The translations under genes and the position numbers were made by a program. The notes under the pieces were generated by a model, which was not told the origin of the DNA, did not search any database, and was given only the letters and a program-made list of their open reading frames with translations. 64,000 bases of DNA from Podarcis muralis (Eukaryota): the NCBI RefSeq assembly GCF_964188315.1, contig NC_135668.1:17794001-17858000 (forward strand), written 5' to 3'. Every line of letters starts with the position of its first letter. Position 1 is the first letter of the stretch. This document shows, piece after piece, positions 11,458 through 25,039 of the stretch.

Positions 11458-11684
11458 CAGTGGTACCTCGGGTTACATACGCTTCAGGTTACACACCCCG
11501 CTAACCCAGAAATAGTGCTTCAGGTTAAGAACTTTGCTTCAGGATAAGAACAGAAATCGGGCTCCAGCGGGGCGGCAGCAGCAGGAGGCCCCCATTAGCT
11601 AAAGTGGTGCTTCAGGTTAAGAACAGTTTCAGGTTAAGAACGGACCTCCGGGACAAATTAAGTACTTAACCTGAGGTACCACTG
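11458..11684 (+). mobile_element. Tc1/mariner-pogo (Tigger-like) MITE, family A
   Basis: TA|CAGTGGTACCTCGGGTTA...TTAACCTGAGGTACCACTG|TA. Other copies: 14464-14705, 20282-20507 (-), 21982-22207, 31607-31835, 45718-45943, 50987-51216, 62098-62322 (-), and a variant at 36673-36884. Confidence 0.92.
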
Positions 11685-11744
11685 TATAAAAGATTTGCTG
11701 CTTGTTCTCCCCCGCCCCCTTCTGATTATAAGATCAGTTAGAAC

Positions 11745-11949
11745 CAGCGGCGTAGCTAGCCTGCAGGGCGGCTGAAGGGGAGGCGGGGGGTGACCGTGGG
11801 CCCCACGCCACTGGAAAAGGTGCCTGAGCCACCACCCCACCCCTGGGAGAGACATGTGGCTCGGGCATGCTGCAGGTCCCACAGTAAGTGTCGCCTGCTG
11901 GGTGAGTGGCGCCCAGTGCGCTCCCCTGCCCCCCCCAGCTACGCCACTG
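11745..11949. mobile_element. GC-rich hAT (Tip100-like) MITE
   Basis: TIR CAGCGGCGTAGCT/AGCTACGCCACTG with exact 8-bp TSD GTTAGAAC. Confidence 0.9.
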
Positions 11950-14463
11950 GTTAGAACTGCCAACAACAATGAAGATTGCGATAATTCTGAGGTAGAATGG
12001 TGGTTTTGTGTTATAAGCTCTAAATTCTGAGGTAAAATGGTGGGTTCAAATTGAAAGCTCTGAGGTAAAATGGTGGTTTTGCCTTCCAACCTATGCTTCA
12101 GCGTAGACTTTAAAAGCCAGATTAGAAACCTCCCCAAAGGAGAGATGCTTACGAATCTGCCAAGCGTACTGTTCAATGAAATATTTGGTTTTATCTCTGA
12201 CATGGCTATTCAGTGACAGCATTACCGCAAAGCTTATGCAAGTTCCTGCAGTTGCTTTATGACTAATGGCAGCTTTTAAAATTAGTATTCTTGGGATCCA
12301 AACAGCTGCTTTCCCCAGTTTGCTGGGATAGAAAAAAAGCAAGGGATATTAGAAAGTCAAGTAGTACTGCTTTTAAAATTAGTTTTATGCTAACATGCTT
12401 GTTTATATTTTCTACTTGCTTTGATCAAAATAACACTGAGAACCAGAGATAGCAATAATAGGTTGTTTGCCTCAGCATTTTATTCCTCTTCCCTCAGTCA
12501 CTATTTCCTTGAGACTTGTAGCATTCTTAGAATAAATTGGAATAAATAAGAATTATCTTAAAATAAAACTTTCCCAACATGATTGGCTTGAATCTGCCAC
12601 CAATATATCTGTTTCAGTCCTGAGCATGAGAGGAACACAGGAAATGACTTTATATAGACCAGGCAGGGCCAAACTTGGCTCTCCAGCTGTTTTGGGACTA
12701 CAATTCCCATCATCCCTCGCTAACAGGACCAGTGGTCAAGGATGACTGGAGTCATTGTCCAGCAGTGGACCACAAGTTCTCCACTCCTGGCATGTATTGT
12801 TCACTCTCTTACGAGAACGACATTTCCCAGATGTAAATCTGAAATCAGATCCTTGCATTGGGGTTGCAAACTGGCCAACAATAATGGGTGCATACGAACC
12901 CAGTCCTGGATAATTATTTCTTACTAATTTCATTGTGACAGTACTTATGTGCAGTGTGTTCTGGACCAAAGTGCAAGCCCCACATGCCAGTTTGCGATGG
13001 GTGGTGTGTCTGTGTTGGCCACATAGGGTGCACCCAGATTGTTGCTATCCCATCGCAGCAAATTCACATTGCACAAATATAGGCGGTTGGGAAAAGTTTG
13101 CACATCAAACCCACTTCCTCCAAAGATCCCTTTTTGCGATAAGAAAAGTGATAGCACAATGCACTGGAAAGTATGGAATTAACACCTGCTTTGACTCAAC
13201 TGTTATTTAACCTGCGGCAAACAAGTTAGAATTAATGCTCATTACTTAGCTAACATCATATAATCTCCCTGCAAACAAATGCTTGGTGAAGTGATTGTTT
13301 ATTGATAAATGCACTTTAAAAAAAATAGTTGTTTAAATCACAGTTGCAAAAGAACATTAATATAAACTGAGAAGAGGAATTGTATCTGTGTTTGATTTAT
13401 ATTTAATGTTGTAGCAAGAATAGTAAAACAACATTTGAAAAGCTGACTAGAAGAATCTGGTTTCCAGAAATCCTTGGGTTTGTCATGCTTCCGGACAGCT
13501 TAGAAACTCGCTGAATGCAAGTTAGCCCAGCTGAACTGTAAAACAATGTTCAAAGCGCTCTTAAGATGGTAATTACCCCATAGCTGACGCATGCTAACCG
13601 TTGCCATTACTGTCAATGTGGGCGATCCTCCTTGTTTAATAATGCTGCTTTCTAGGGCTAAGTAAGTGGAGAGTTTGTTTATGGGCGGAAATCATGCTGT
13701 ACTTCTCTTTCCTCTGCCAAAAATCTGGATGGTTAGTAGAAGTGATTTTAGGATGTTTTCTCCTGTTGTTAACATACATGCTTCATGCAAGCAGCAGCCA
13801 AGGTTCTACACTCCAGAGGCACACCCAGAACTTTCACATGCCTTGTAAACCTCAAGAAGTTCTTAAAAAACAAAAACCTAGCTTCCCATGTATGTAAGAT
13901 ACTCGTTCTCTTGGCACTTCGACTTGAATCCTTTGCGCCTATAAGCAGACACCTTAGCCCAGCTTCCAGATGGTGTGGACTACAGCTCCCATAATTCCTG
14001 AGGCTCATGGGAGTGGGAGTCCAAGAACATCTGGAGGGTGTTGTGCTGACTGCCCCTTTTTGGCTGGGAAATATTTATAACCCCTTCCATGTTAGACCCC
14101 CAAGGCTGAAGGGTAAGCTGGTGGCCACAGGCAACAAGCCAATTACCATATAATTGCAGAGTTGGAAGGGATCCAAATGGTCATCTAGTCCAATCCCCTG
14201 CAAAGATTCCCTGATGGATGGCCATTCCTGGGACCCAGCCAATAGATACATAGGAGGCTGCCTAATATGTCAACCTGTTTGTCCATCTAACCCAAGGAGG
14301 GAGAACCTCTGGCCCTCAGATTTTGTTGAATCCCCATCAGCCCCGGCTAGCATGACCACTGCTCAGGGATTATGGGAACTGTAGTGTAGCAACATCAGGA
14401 GGGCTGCTGGTCCCTCATCCCTGTTCTAGCCCATCAGTTCTGACTGGTAGTAGCTCTCCATTA

Positions 14464-14705
14464 CGGTGGTACCTCAAGTTACATACACTTCAGGTTACAT
14501 ACGCTTCAGGTTACAGTCTCCGCTGACCCAGAAATATTACCTCGGGTTAAGTACTTTGCTTCAGGATGAGAACAGAAATTGTGTTCCGGCAGCGCGGCAG
14601 CAGCAGGAGGCCCCATTAGCTAAAGTGGTGCTTCAGGTTAAGAACAGTTTCAGGTTAAGAATGGACCTCCGGAACGAATTAAGTACTTAACCTGAGGTAC
14701 CACTG
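14464..14705 (+). mobile_element. Family A MITE
   Basis: Terminal inverted repeats (TIRs) and TA TSD as above. Confidence 0.9.
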
Positions 14706-14764
14706 TAGTGGTACTGCCCATCACCTGCTTACATCTTCATTCTTTGACCTGGAGATGCCAGGGA

Positions 14765-14985
14765 TTTATATTTTACACGTATATACCACTTTTTCCTCCA
14801 AGGAGCTCCAAGTGGTGTACATGGTTCTCCCCTCCCCATTTTGTCCCTGCAATTACCCTGTGTGGTAGGATAGGCTGAGAGACAAGGACTAGCCCAAGGT
14901 AACCTGGTGAGCTTCACTGCCAAGTGGGGATTCATACCCTGGTCTCCCAGGTCATAGTCAGACGCTCTAACTGTTAGACTGCAGT
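14765..14985 (-). mobile_element. Old L2-tail tRNA SINE (Squam3/MIR-like)
   Basis: ccctgtgtggtaggataggctgagaga...cccaagg...gtgagcttca...ggattc motif. Similar relics lie at ~6826-6990, ~15770-15950 and ~34460-34600. Confidence 0.6.
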
Positions 14986-15307
14986 GGGTCAACTTTGCAA
15001 CCTTCTGCCATGTGCAAAGCTTATATTCTACTACTGAGCTCTGGACTGTTGTGCGAACTCCTGGCTTGTCTTATCTGCACCCCCCCTTCTTATAGATGCA
15101 GAACTTATGTGACCCACAGATGTTGCTTTAAGTCCATTTTGGGCTTTGTAAAGGATCTCTCTTCTGCCTCTAGACAACCAGTTCCCAGAGATGCCTCTTG
15201 TTGGCCCAGCTTGTTGGGTGTTGTGTGTGCACAACATTTGAGCGGTTAAGCTCACCACAGGAAACAACTGTGTAGTAGAGATAATATTTACCTGGCAAAC
15301 ACAAACG

Positions 15308-15308
<1 letters not shown>

Positions 15309-15346
<38 letters not shown>
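15309..15346. repeat. (CA)19 microsatellite
   Basis: Direct reading. Confidence 0.97.
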
Positions 15347-15349
<3 letters not shown>

Positions 15350-17689
15350 TTTGCAGTTGCTACAATAAGTTTACACTCTCTGAGCCCAGAGAGGGTCCCA
15401 GCTTACAAAGTCCTTGCTGAGACAAAGTCCACACAGGAAGTGCAAAGTCCAGATGCTAACAAACTCCTGCAACTGCCAGACTTCCCTGAGTCCGGAAGTC
15501 TTGCAAGTTGTCCAATATCCCTCTGGTGAGGTCTTCCTGCACAAAGTCTTCCACGTTTTCACAGGGTCGTTCCATGTCTCCAACAAACTCTTTTGTACTT
15601 CCAACCAATGAATGCTGTAACTTGAGTCCTTTTCTACCCAGTGTTACGCAGCAATACAGATAAGACAGCCACAAGATGCCTGCAGCTGCACTGCGGTGGA
15701 AACTCATGGAGAATTAACCCCCTTTTCACTTTCCTTAACATGGCTTTAGTTCAATTATTTTAATATTTTCTTATTGCATTTCTAGCCTACATGTCCTTCT
15801 CCTCCTCCCCATTTTATCTCCACAACAACCCTCATTTAGGCTTAGAAAGTGCTTAGCCCCAGGTCACCCAGTGAGCTTCATGGAGATGTAGGGATTTGAA
15901 CCCTGGCCTTCCAGGTCCTGGTCCTGCATTCTAACCATTACGCCACACTGGCTTCTGCCTTTAAGGATACATATCCTTCAAAGGTGGCTGACAACTGGCA
16001 TCAATGCACATTAAAACACAACCTAAGAAAGACCAACATAAAGCTATAAGGATCTAGGACAGCTGGCGGATCCTTTCTTGAGCTGCCTGGGAGTCATGTT
16101 TAAAGGAACAGGGCGAGATGGAATGTCTTGCAAGTGACTCATAAGCCATCGTTTGGCCACACCATCTACTGCTATGTGTATGTGTCAGCTCGGAAGTAAA
16201 GGAAGTTGTCTTCCTGGACATCTTGCACATGTGGCGCCTTGCATTGCACTGGTTTTGAGTGCTTTAATGCAAAATAAAATCCGGCTGATAATAATGTTAC
16301 AGGGAGATGCAGGTACGCAAAAATATAAAGCAGAAGGTTCTCTTGGGGCTCAGCTCTACAGTAAATGTTTCTTGGCTTGCACCTTGTGGAAGCCTTCACA
16401 AGGTTGCAGAAATCTTGGCTTCTCTCCCGTTTGGCTGATGCGTTGTGAATTGAGCCGCCTTCCAAAAAGGCTTTTATTGTTCTGTTGTGTTTTTTTAAAA
16501 GTTGTGTTGTGAATTCTCCGGGTCATGCTCCTGCCACTAAGAGGTGAGAGGCTAATGTGAATAACACCCACTTCGGATGTATCGAGATGGATTTTTCCGG
16601 ACTCAGTCTAGGCAACTTGAGTTTGTTTCTCCCACCCTTTCATTCATTTTCCAGGTATGGTAGTCTGTTATTGGTGTAACACTCAACTGCAGCTGCAGAA
16701 GGTTTAAGTGCGATCTGAGGTCTTGGTACGTGCGTAACAAAGGCAGTTACGTTGGATTTTTGAGCAAGATTCTGCCTCCTAAAATATATGGGCACATGGT
16801 TTTTAAAGGTGAAGAACTATTTGCATTTTTTTAAAGTTGTTTTTAGCTTCTTTTCCCCACCCAGAATCATCAAAAAACCTTACATTGCTTTTCTGAATGT
16901 GTTGGCTGGCTGACAGCAGTAGCACAACAACTGTGGGTTATTGCACAGATCGAACAGTGGAATCGCAAGATGAAAATTTTTAGGGAACCGGCATAGGTTA
17001 GGGAAACCTGTTTATTCCCTCATGTATATTGCGATACTTTTTCTATCATGATTGCACAAAACAATTTATAAGATAAAGACAAACATCCAAATGAAAATAA
17101 AATCTAACATGGTCACAGCCATTTTTGTGTGTGTGTGGCATAGGTGCTTTAAGTAATAAAGGGGCAATATCACTTGCATAAGTGTTACATGAAGATGTGT
17201 TATCCCACACTTTCCAGAACATCACTGCAGCGCTTTCTTTCCCACAAGAAGTCTGTTGTGTGTGGGGTTTTTTGGAAGCAGGTTGGCTGCACGAGAGAGC
17301 TGAACTCCACTTTAATCGTGCAAACCAAATTTGCCCCTATGTAATTTATTTAATCAATTTATAAACTACAATCAGCTCTAAGCGGTTCAAAGAAACACAA
17401 TACAAGAAAAGGGTAGGAATCAGTTATAAAACCAGACTTAAAGTGCCTGCAGGAATAAAAAAAAAAAGTATTTGGCAGTCACTGGAGACATACCCTCCAA
17501 CATTTCTCTGATGAAAATAGGACTGTCCTATTCCATAACAACAACAATTTTATTATTTATACCCTGCCCATCTGACTGAGTTGCCCCAGCCACTCTGGGC
17601 GGCTTCCAACACATATAAAAACATAATAAAACATTAAACATTAAAAGCTTCCCTATACAGGGCTGCCTTCAGATGTCTTCTACTTATAT

Positions 17690-18051
17690 CAGAGGTTTTC
17701 AACCTTTTTGAGTCTGTGGCTCCCTTGACAAACTGCATTCTTTCTGTGGCAGCCCTGTGGGACTCAGGAGCCCAGTTGTGTCACCCTTGCCTGCAGAGCT
17801 GGCAGCCTCTCACTCTTTTTTGAACACCCTCCCTTGTGGAGGTTTCCCTCAGCCCCCTCTCCTTAAGAATCCTCTGGGCAGCCGCTGCTGCTGCCCATGG
17901 TCTCTAAACTACCCCCTGCCCCAAGAGACATGAGAGGGCATCAGAAGAGGGAGGGAAGGAAAGAGGTACAGAGGCCAGTGTTGCTCGTGGCGCTCCTGAC
18001 CATCCTTCAAGGCACCCCAGGGTGCCACGGCACACTGGTTGAAAACCATTG
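17690..18051. mobile_element. hAT-Charlie-like element
   Basis: CAGAGGTTTTCAACC...GGTTGAAAACCATTG with exact 8-bp TSD ACTTATAT. Confidence 0.9.
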
Positions 18052-18219
18052 ACTTATATCCTTGGCTCGGGAGTCACATAGCTCCATACCCTCCAATATT
18101 TTCTCCAATGAAGATAGGGACATCCTGAGGAAAAGCGGGACATTCCAGGATCAAATCAGAAACCAGGATAATCTGAGATTGTCCCTGGAAAATAGGGACA
18201 CTTGGAGGCTCTGTGGAGA

Positions 18220-18668
18220 TTCAGCAGGGAGAGGGCCTGTCAGATCTCAACTGACATAAAATTGGGTCGACAATACTCAGTGGACAGCATCAGCTCCTGG
18301 TTGGATACCACCAGCGCAACTGAGCCATGGGGGACCACTAACAGTGACTCGCCAAAACACCTCAGCGATCTGAGAGGGGTATAAGGGATTAGGTGGCCCT
18401 TGAAGCATCCTGGACCCAAGTTAACGACATTGTAAATCGATACAGGAACCTTGAAAATGGCCCAGTAGCCTATAGGCAATCTTTTGAGCACTGGAGGTGT
18501 ATGTTGGTGATAGTATGTCCCCGTCAATGTTCCGGGCACAGCATTTTGTACCAGATGGAGCCTCGGGAGCAGGCTTAAGAGTAGTCCTACACGGGAGTAG
18601 GCCAGTCTTGAGGTTACCATTGCATGGATCACTGTGGCCAGACGATCCCTGACCAAAACGGGCTGCAA
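18220..18668 (-). mobile_element. L2 LINE relic
   Basis: Minus-strand ORF IHAMVTSRLAYSRVGLLLSLLPRLHLVQNAV...YLKGHL-like. Confidence 0.7.
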
Positions 18669-20033
18669 TTGATATCAGCTTAATTCCACCCTCAAAGTAG
18701 TTCCATTCTGGAAGTATCCTTGGACTCCGCTTTGCATGGTGCTGAGGGTTCTGAATGCAAGCTTTGAGGCGGGGAAAGGACTGGCATTGTGTAGTTGTGC
18801 TGGAAGGCTGTGACAGGCATAAAGGGCAGCAAAGAAGAACGGGAAGGGTCCATTTAGGAGATCAGGAGTGCAGAGGTCTTCCAAACATCCTGTAGATGAC
18901 AAATGCATTATATTTCCTTGGTTTTCCAGCTTGTTGTCTTAATTAGGCCCGGGTAAATATATGACTGAAACGCTTCAATATGCTGCTGAAATGCGTGGCT
19001 TTGTGTGTTTTTGCAGCAGATAGTATTTTACTGAAAGAAAGCTGTAAATGCAATTTCAATTCCACAAGTTTGTTTTAATGTGTATTTACATCTCCAGTGG
19101 GAATAGCCTTGAAAATGAGAGAGCAATTAAATTACCAGGAAAATGCATTTTGTTTAGTGTTGTGAGTCTCATGGGCCTTTCAAACATCCTGTTAGCTTAC
19201 CCTGTTTGTAAATCACAACCTTTAAAAGTCATTTATATCTATATCTATCATGCATGTATGTTAAAGTACCAGAACTGTTTCAGTGGTAAAACTATCTGCC
19301 GTTCTGTGTTTACCTCGTGGACAGCTAATGGGAACTGGAGGAGTGCTACTCACTTAACACAAGTCTTTAAAATTCGTCTACTGTGTGACACACAAAGTGG
19401 TGTGCAATAAAACCAATGAAAACTACAATTTCCCCTCCCCGAAAACCCAACGAAAGATAAGAATAGGAAAACCTTAATTAAACAAAGAAGTAGTCACAGA
19501 TTACAAAGAAAAAGCTTCAAATTCCAAAAAGCGTTCAGAAATGAGTATTTGTAAGGATGTCCTAATTACCTAAAACAATAGCATTGTGTAACTTTTGGAG
19601 GACCTCGCTGTTTTGCTGCTATAGCTGAGGTGGTGGAATGTTTGCCAAGTGGATTTTGCATAGGTGAGAAACCCTCTTAGGTTGACATCAGCTTGTGTGG
19701 AAGGAGCTGTTGTCTAAGATACCAAGCTACATATTTTTTTATTTGCTGTGGTTTCCTGAGCCCTGAGTCCAGCAGTGACACCGGCTCAGGGTCTGAGGGA
19801 CCAGTAGTACAGATGGAGGAAGCACAGGGTTTGCGCACTGCTGCTGACCTAGGGGTCCTCATGGCCAGGATGGCAGAGACCCTTAGGACTTGAGATGGAA
19901 GAGACTGCATGAACCACGAATTCCTGAGACTACAGCCCCAGAGCCCAGGTCCACTAAGGGGCCACCATACTAACCTGTAGTATGGATGGATAAACCTGTC
20001 AGTTTTTATTTCTCTCAGTTTTCCAGCTTCAAG

Positions 20034-20170
20034 NNNNNNNNNNNNNNNNNNNNNNNNNNNNNNNNNNNNNNNNNNNNNNNNNNNNNNNNNNNNNNNNNNN
20101 NNNNNNNNNNNNNNNNNNNNNNNNNNNNNNNNNNNNNNNNNNNNNNNNNNNNNNNNNNNNNNNNNNNNNN
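20034..20170. other. Assembly gap (137 N)
   Basis: Direct reading. It lies inside a repetitive AT-rich hAT relic. Confidence 1.
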
Positions 20171-20281
20171 GTTCTAGCTCACATTTCCCTTAAGTGCATT
20201 ATTTGTATGCAATTTCTCCTAACACAATGCATTTTTGTATGTTACTTTCACTAATATATGAAAATTTTCTTGCATGCTATA

Positions 20282-20507
20282 CAGTGGTACCTTGGGTTAA
20301 GTACTCAGTTTGTTCCGGAGGTGCGTTCTTAACCTGAAACTGTTCTTAACCTGAAGCACCACTTTAGCTAATGGGGCCTCCTTCTGCCGCCGCGCCGCCG
20401 GAGCACGATTTCTGTTCTCATCCTGAAGCAAAGTTCTTAACCTGAGGTAATATTTCTGGGTTAGCAGAGTCTGTAACCTGAAGCGTATGTAACCCGAAGT
20501 ACCACTA
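20282..20507 (-). mobile_element. Family A MITE nested in an older hAT-like element
   Basis: Reverse orientation, TA-flanked. Confidence 0.9.
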
Positions 20508-21357
20508 TATATAAAACAATTTTTGATTGGAGAACTGAATTGCAAAATTCAGAGAAGGGCAAATTTTGAAGGATAGTTGCTTTTTGGTTCATGTCTTCTT
20601 TTCGGAATGCAAACTTAAGTTTGCATTGAAATGGGAACAGAACTGAATTTCTTCAGCATCCCTAGGCTCTAGTAAGGGGCCACCACACTTGCCTGTTATG
20701 TTCTTGCATGGGGCAGCCATGTTTATTCTGTAAAATTCTCCCAGAGAGCAATAGGAAGTCATCAAGTCCCATCGCTCCCAGGGGGACTTTCTATATTGTA
20801 GAAGCATCCCCTCCCCCACTTACACGTGATCCCACATTTATGCACGGCACTGGGGGATAAATCAATAAATCAAGTTAAATCTATTCAAACCTGGAAATTG
20901 CAGGAGGGAGCTGGAAAGTTCTTGTGGCTCACAAGGAGACCCTCTCCAGAGCCTGTACAGCTCTTTTAAAAAAGAAATTATGGCTTCCAAAATGGCGCAC
21001 GGGAGCTCTCGCTGCCACCACACTACCCCGCTCAACAACTGTTGGGTGGGAAGCTCTATTGCAGTGGGCTCTGAGATGCTGTTCCCTGCCCTTTCTGGTG
21101 ATCTGGAGTCAAATGTACATATGGGTTGCTTAAAAAAATAATTGTGCATTTTCACGGACTTGGTATACACAACTTAGATTTTCATTCTTTAATCTCCTAT
21201 CAAAAAAACTTCCACCTTCATGGTTGCTTATTTATTCTCCCGCTCCCCCACTGCGTATCCTTTTAGCACCACCCAATTCATTCTTCACATTTACCGTTCT
21301 GTTTTTGACTGCAGTTCATAATTCTAACCCTACTTTGAAATTTATTTCTTTACTGTA

Positions 21358-21665
21358 AAGGTAAAGGGACCCCTGGCCATTAGGTCCAGTCGTGACCGAC
21401 TCTGGGGTTGCGGCGCTCATCCAGGTCATGTGGCCAGCATGACTATGCTGCTTCTGGCGAACCAGAGCAGCGCTCTGAAACACTGTTTACCTTCCCGCCG
21501 GAGCGGTACCTATTTATCTACTTGCACTTTGACGTACTTTCGAACTGCTATGTTGGCAGGAGCAGGGACCGAGCAATGGGAGCTCACCCCGTCGTGGGGA
21601 TTCGAACCGCCGACCTTCTGATTGGCAAGTCCTAGGCTCTGTGGTTTAACCCACAGCGCCACCCG
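21358..21665 (-). mobile_element. Sauria SINE with internal deletion
   Basis: Same consensus, lacking ~40 bp after gcggcgctcat. TSD TTTACTGTA at 21349 and 21666. Confidence 0.92.
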
Positions 21666-21781
21666 TTTACTGTATCTCTTTTAATACTCTCCCCAAAATC
21701 CTCACTCTTCCCATATCCCTCTCACATCTTGAGAGATGGATTGCTTTTTGTTATGTAGGGTTCCGAAGAGTTCTGAACTTA

Positions 21782-22207
21782 CAGTCATACCTCGGGTTGC
21801 GAACGTGATCTGTGCGGGAGGCACGTTCGCAACCTGCAGCGTTCGCAGCCTGACACGATTTGGCGCTTTTGCGCATGACGTCAATTTGTGCTTTGCGCAT
21901 GCGCAATAGCCTGAGGTTCGGCACAGTCTGCTACCCGAAAACGTGCAACCCGCAGCGTTCGTAACCCGAGGTATGACTGTACAGTGGTACTTTGGGTTAC
22001 ATACACTTCAGGTTACAGACTCCGCTAACCCATAAATAGTGCTGCAGGTTAAGAACTTTGCTTCAGGATGAGAACAGAAATTGTGCTCCCGTGGCGTGGC
22101 AGCAGCAGGAGGTCCCATAAGCTAAAGTGGTGCTTCAGGTTAAGAACAGTTTCAGGTTAAGTACAGACCTCCGGAACGAATTAAGTACTTAACGTGAGGT
22201 ACCACTG
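21782..22207 (+). mobile_element. Two abutting MITEs (family B 21782-21979, family A 21982-22207) sharing one TA
   Basis: Family B TIR CAGTCATACCTCGGGTT/AACCCGAGGTATGACTG. Junction GACTG|TA|CAGTG. Confidence 0.92.
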
Positions 22208-25039
22208 TATTTGTTGTGAAAGAAGAAGAAATCTTCCTAGTTCCCTGCTCTGATGAGGTTCCCCTCTTAACACACATTTCGCTTCTGCGTGTGGGGCCTC
22301 TTTTAAGAGTCACCTGTATTCAAAGCAGTTAATACGACTGCATTCAAAGCCTTCTAGGCTGTGGCAATTTGGAATACCCGTTGTTGAATTTTTAAAAACT
22401 CAATAAAGTAGGGGTGTTGCCTCTGTTTAACAAACACCCTGTTCTGCCTTGTAAAGGAATCCACAGGACTTTTGATTCCAAAGTGGCATTAGGCATGGAT
22501 CTGGATTGAATCAGTTGAGTCCACTTTGGAATCGGAGCTTTGGTGAATGCCTTCGCCATCCCTAACCACACATTCTTGAAGCCATGCTGAGTTTTTCAAA
22601 GTTTTTAGTGAATATGGAAAAGCTTGGGACTGTACAGCAGCACAGCAGGGTAACTTAACATGGGGGCGGCGATATCCTGTGCATTTTGTGAATAGTCAGG
22701 GTAAGTTTAACTTCTGTTTTTGCTGCCTACCTGGGAGTGCAAATCTTAGGCCGGGGTTGTGGACCACTTGGCTTGTGATAGTACATCAGTCATAGGCTCA
22801 CAAATGGCTTGGCTTGGTGGAAAGTAGACCAGGTGCTGTGATTCTCTGGGGACCATTGTGCTGCTGGCGGTGTGATGTTTTGCTTCACCATTTTAGGCTG
22901 CTGCCCAAGTTTGGTAAATCGTGGCCTTTCCATCTGTGCATCTCTGCAGAGATTTCCTTGAGTGAATTCAGTGGCAGTTCTGACTGAGTGGAGTTTGCAG
23001 AGTTCCCAAGCCCTACGGTTGGCTCTGTTCTAAAACTTCAGTGAGAACATGCGTGGGCGTAGAGGCTTTGGAGCCCAAACGTTGTAATATTTGAGATAGT
23101 TGTTCAAATATTAAATGTGTTTTTATTGTTCGGAGAAAAAAAAGACTATTGGGGTCAAAAGGAGGACATGAGCGCATTGTTTGTTCGCTCTGGTTGTTGG
23201 AGATGAATTCAGGCTTCTTCTTACTTTTTTTATTTTTTTATTTTAGCCCTAACTGGCTAGTTGTATTTCCTCTTCATGTGGCATGAATCATTTTATCTCT
23301 TTTTCATTGTAAATGTGCAAGGGAAAGAGCAGAGCTGTTTCCACTTCTATTAACTTTTCTGAGAAATTGCTTTTGGTTCCCCTCCCTTTTTTTTTGGAGA
23401 AAAAAGAATAGAGTTATCCAAAAAGATAATTTGCCTGCTGAACACACACACACACAAACACACACACACAATATGCCTTGCAAAATTGGAAACGATTTCC
23501 ATTTGCTAATGTCGGTTTTTATTGTGTGGCGCTGAAGAGCGTTTTATCAGGTGTTCCAAACTCTATCTTTTGGCAGAGATTTCCTTGAACTACTGCAGAG
23601 GGAAACATCAAAAAACCTATCCAAAAGCATGTACACTTACTCCTTTTTTCCTTCCTTTTTTTTTTTGGAAAAAAATAATGAAGCAGAAGATGGAAACTCA
23701 CTTTTAAAAAACCTGTGGCTTTTTGCCATGAAAACTGTATTTAAAAATCACTTGGAATGCTTGAATGGATTTTTATCTTCTGTCAGTGAAAGTACTGAGG
23801 AAGACACAGGTGCATGGAGATCTCGAAAAGTTGCTGGCTGTACGCTGCATTTTGTCCGGGGGTATGAATACTGACATCACAACGATGGAATGTTGATTGA
23901 CAGTGTGTTGTGGTTTCTGTTAGCGTCTTCTACTGGAAAGCATGTGCTTCAAAGGAAGTTGTCAATTTTTAAATATGTCTTTGCTTTCATAGTATTTGGC
24001 CAGGCACGCTCAACAGCAAATAAAATCAGGAAATACCAGGCTGTTCTGGTATAAAAACTGAGTGGAATATACAAATACTGACAAGTGCTTTGCGCTCATA
24101 AAAACGTTGGGATTAATTTTTAGGGGTGCCAGAAATATATGCATGATTGTTCACTTCCAGTGCAAAACCTGTATATTCAACCGTTGCAGAGAGTATTATT
24201 GTTGAAACAACAAAAAGAAAAAAGGAGCAATTGTATATACAAGCAATTGCACTGTTAAGCCCAAGCATCCTTGCCTCGTACAGCAGTGGTTTGCATCTTC
24301 ACTGCACTGATGTCAAATAATTTGCGTGTGTGCAAATGTGTGTGTGCTTTATTGCAAAAGTTGCATTTGCACTTCAACATTTCTTTGAACTAAGGACTTG
24401 TACCCAAGATTGCTTCTTTTCTCTTCCTGCACAATCCATTTTCCTTTTTTGGGGGGTCTTTTTTTGGGTGTGTGGTGTAAGATGCTCTGGGAATATTTTA
24501 TTGACTGAAGAGTAGTTAAAGCACCTTGGGTAGGTGGGTTGTGTTATTTAAGCTGCAAAGCAACTTTGAATGGTGGTTAATATGCATTTACTAAAGTGGA
24601 AATGGCTGGGGGGAGGGCGTGGGGGCGAAGCTTCCCAAGTAATAATTAAAGTGCTTTGAAATCCATGAGCGATTCTTGCTTTCGTCTCACTTTACATACA
24701 GCTTTTAACTCCATGATACTTAGGAATGACAGTATAGAAGAGTCTCTTTGCTTATATAAACCAAATAGTGCAACAGCTGCCTAAACTGCAAGTACTGTGA
24801 AATATCTTGGAGGTAGATTCTTATCTATAATAAGGTGAAGAACTCTTAAGTGTGGTATATTAATGGTTCAGAGTGGTTTTGCTCAAGACTAAACCCCCTA
24901 AAATTGCAGGCATCATAATTACATGTCTTGACCTGTTTGAACAGCTGCTGATAAAAGAGCACAAGGATCAGAATGATGTCTCATGCTCCGGGCCGATATA
25001 TTTTGCTTGTCTGTGCATTTGTTCTGATTTGTGGCTTCA

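Noticed and set aside
22470-22537. 13-17-bp stem hairpin resembling a pre-miRNA
   Set aside because: The 34-nt loop is too large, and a nearby CCATCCCTA end suggests an old hAT-type MITE.
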